Of a stretch of DNA of 64,000 bases, positions 61,709-64,000 are shown one piece after another (the stretch's first letter is position 1; each line of letters opens with the position of its first letter). A program made the position numbers and the translations under genes. Below the pieces are notes generated by a model. That model was not told the DNA's origin. It made no database searches and saw only the letters and a list, made by a program, of their open reading frames with translations. Source of the DNA: Mytilus edulis (taxonomy: Eukaryota); assembly GCF_963676685.1 (NCBI RefSeq), contig NC_092352.1, forward strand, positions 6,076,001 to 6,140,000. The letters are read 5' to 3'.

Positions 61709-62519
61709 GTTAGTATAAATGGTTTATAGTGTTATCGGGTCCATACTCATCCATAACAAATCTGGTGGTATTTTGTCTTGATTGAAACTTCTTTGCTAAG
61801 CTTGCATCATCTTAAAGTCAGAGAAAAGGCATGAAGTCAGAATAATGTGTGCAGGAAGTATGATATTTCTTTCTGCAGACTTTTCATGAGAATTAGTACT
61901 TTCATCTAATTTAAAGGTGAGTTCATATAGATATCATGTTAACATGTTCTTATCCTGATATGCATGTTATAGCTGCTACTGGATTTTCACCACCAATTTA
62001 TTATTGTAGTCATCATTGTTGTCTTGTCAAAAATGATATGTGACAGAACAACAAAGCTTTGTAGGACAGGAAATTTAGCATATTAGAAACAGCCATACAG
62101 CATTAATTTAAAATTGTTATATATATGTACTTGATATAGTATACACATTTACATATTTACAAATTTGTTAGAAATATATTAAGTTTTAAAAACATACAAA
62201 TGAGTTAAGCATGAGGAAATTGTATACATTTTGTTTATATCCTGAAAGTTAAAATATATTTGTAGTAAAGCTTATATTCTTATGATTGCCAGTCATTGCA
62301 ATTCTCTTTATAAAAACTAATATTTATTTGACACAGAGAGGACATGAATTGAACTGTTATGTAAACACTGATTCTAACAGTACAGGGCTTTCCAATGAGT
62401 TTGTAGCTGAGAAACAACCTTTTGTTTGAAAAACCAATGATTATCTATTTATTATAATACAAGTTAATTTTATACTAAAAAGGTGGTTTGCAAAATAAAA
62501 ACAATTTTGTAAATTTCAG

Positions 62520-62669
62520 TTTGCAAGATATGATCCCAGATATGAGAAAGATGGTTCTATATCAGAGAAAGATTTTGCCTCTATACTTCTTACCTACGCA
62601 GGATATCCAGACAGCAAAAAATCCAGGATGGTGAAAAGGGTTAAAAAGAAGTTCAAGGACGATCCAAAG
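62520..62669 (+). CDS. MICU1: MICU1 coding exon 8 (gene continues beyond the window)
   Basis: FARYDP..DGSISEKDFASILLTYAGYPDSKKSRMVKRVKKKFKDDPK. Confidence 0.93.
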
Positions 62670-62708
62670 GTATGAAAAATATATGCATGTATAAATATTG
62701 TACTGTAG

Positions 62709-63713
62709 TTTTTATACGACCCCAAAATTTTGGGTTGTTATAATGGTATGATGTCGTCGTCAGCATCGTCTGCGTCGTCCGAAGACACTTTGGTTTCCAG
62801 ATAATAACTTTAGTTTAAGTAAATAGATCTTAATGAAATTTTTTCAGAAGGTTCAATACCACTAAAGTAAGGTTGGGATTTATTTTGGGGATGATGGTCC
62901 GAACCGTTTAGGAATTAGGGGCCCAAAAGGGGCCAAAACAAGCATTTTTCTAGTTTCAGGATAATAACTTGTTTACCGGTATTTCAATTGCTTTGAAAGT
63001 ATACTGCAATGTTTAAAATCACAAGTAGAAGGTTTGGATTCATTTATGGGGTTATGGGGCCAAAGTTTAGGAATAAAGGGCCAAAAAGGGGCCAAAACAA
63101 GCATTTTTCTAGTTTCCAGACAATACCTTGTGTGTAATTGAATGGATCTCTCTGAAATTGTACCACAATATACCATATAACAAAGGGGGGGCTGGGATTA
63201 AGTTTTGGGTTAATTGCCCAAAATATTTAGGAATTAAGGGCCAAAAAAGGGCCAAAAAGAAGCATGTTTCTAGTTTCCAAACCATCATGACAATAACTTG
63301 TGTTTAAGTGTATGGATCTCTCTGAAATCGTACTACAAGGTTTAATACAAAGGAAAGCATGGGATTGAGTTTAAGGGTTATTTCTCCAAGGGGGGGTTTC
63401 AATAAATTGGGGGGGGGGGGGGGTCTCAGTTTACCATTTTTTTAAGGGATTTTTTTTTTTTGTCAACATTTTTCAAATTTCAAATTTTGAAAAGTTTCAA
63501 TAAGAAATATTCAATTGCACAGTATTGTGCAATAGATGTGTTAGATCTTGAACCACATTAATTTTGTGGCAAAAACCTATATTATGTCAAAAATTTGATC
63601 ACAATCAAAATTCAGACAGTATCAAGCTTGAATATTGTGACCAAATTTGCCCCAACTGTGCAGGGTTCGACCACTGGGGTCGTATAAAGCTGTGCCCTGC
63701 GGAGCACCTGGTT
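62709..63713 (+). mobile_element. HINE-like family A, divergent subfamily (copy 5)
   Basis: subTIR TTTATACGACCCCA/TGGGGTCGTATAAA, divergent ~160-bp array, same 3' terminus as the other copies. Confidence 0.8.
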
Positions 63714-64000
63714 TATATGTAAAATTCTGACCTTTCACCATACCATAACACATTTAAAAAAAAAAAATTCTTAAATACATATTGCCTTAATTAAGAAGAG
63801 CTGACTAGTTGCTCAAAATAGATTAACAAGTCAAACAAATTCTGTGGTTTGAAATGCCAGTTTCTAAGGTATTTGAAATATACAATACATAAACATGTCC
63901 AATGAGCATACTAATAGTTACATTGATAAGTGATAGCAATTCTTTATTGTAATTGTAATTCACTATCAATGTTGGTAAAAATATGCTTACCTGTAATTAA

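Overview
Eukaryotic, AT-rich, repeat-dense genomic DNA. The repeat families suggest a bivalve mollusc, probably a Mytilus-type mussel (inference). Three host genes are supported. TMA16 has a single coding exon (10720-11256, +). PCNA has six coding exons on the minus strand (38394-41912, 261 aa, all GT-AG, phases consistent). MICU1 has eight coding exons on + (46888-62669) and runs off the window, divergent from PCNA. The rest is largely nested transposable elements: a complete but lesioned GalEa-type Copia LTR retrotransposon, a CR1-like LINE with a 2A-like motif and two PHD fingers, a decayed RTE-X-like LINE with esterase and PHD ORFs next to a 100-N gap and a probably artefactual 2 kb duplication, a Tx1/L1 3' fragment, at least three families of Helentron-associated (HINE-like) elements carrying satellite arrays, several TIR elements with clear TSDs, and a V-domain tRNA SINE. 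Best leads: (1) three in-frame phase-0 microexon candidates (12, 21, 18 nt) in the MICU1 intron that corresponds to the mammalian MICU1.1 microexon site, with RBFOX/QKI/UGC motifs and a hairpin over one donor; (2) P-element-type excision footprints with 7-bp TSDs, one matching both ends of an element about 640 bp away (a possible local hop); (3) compensatory co-variation in HINE subterminal inverted repeats. All calls come from reading the sequence by eye; no searches were run.
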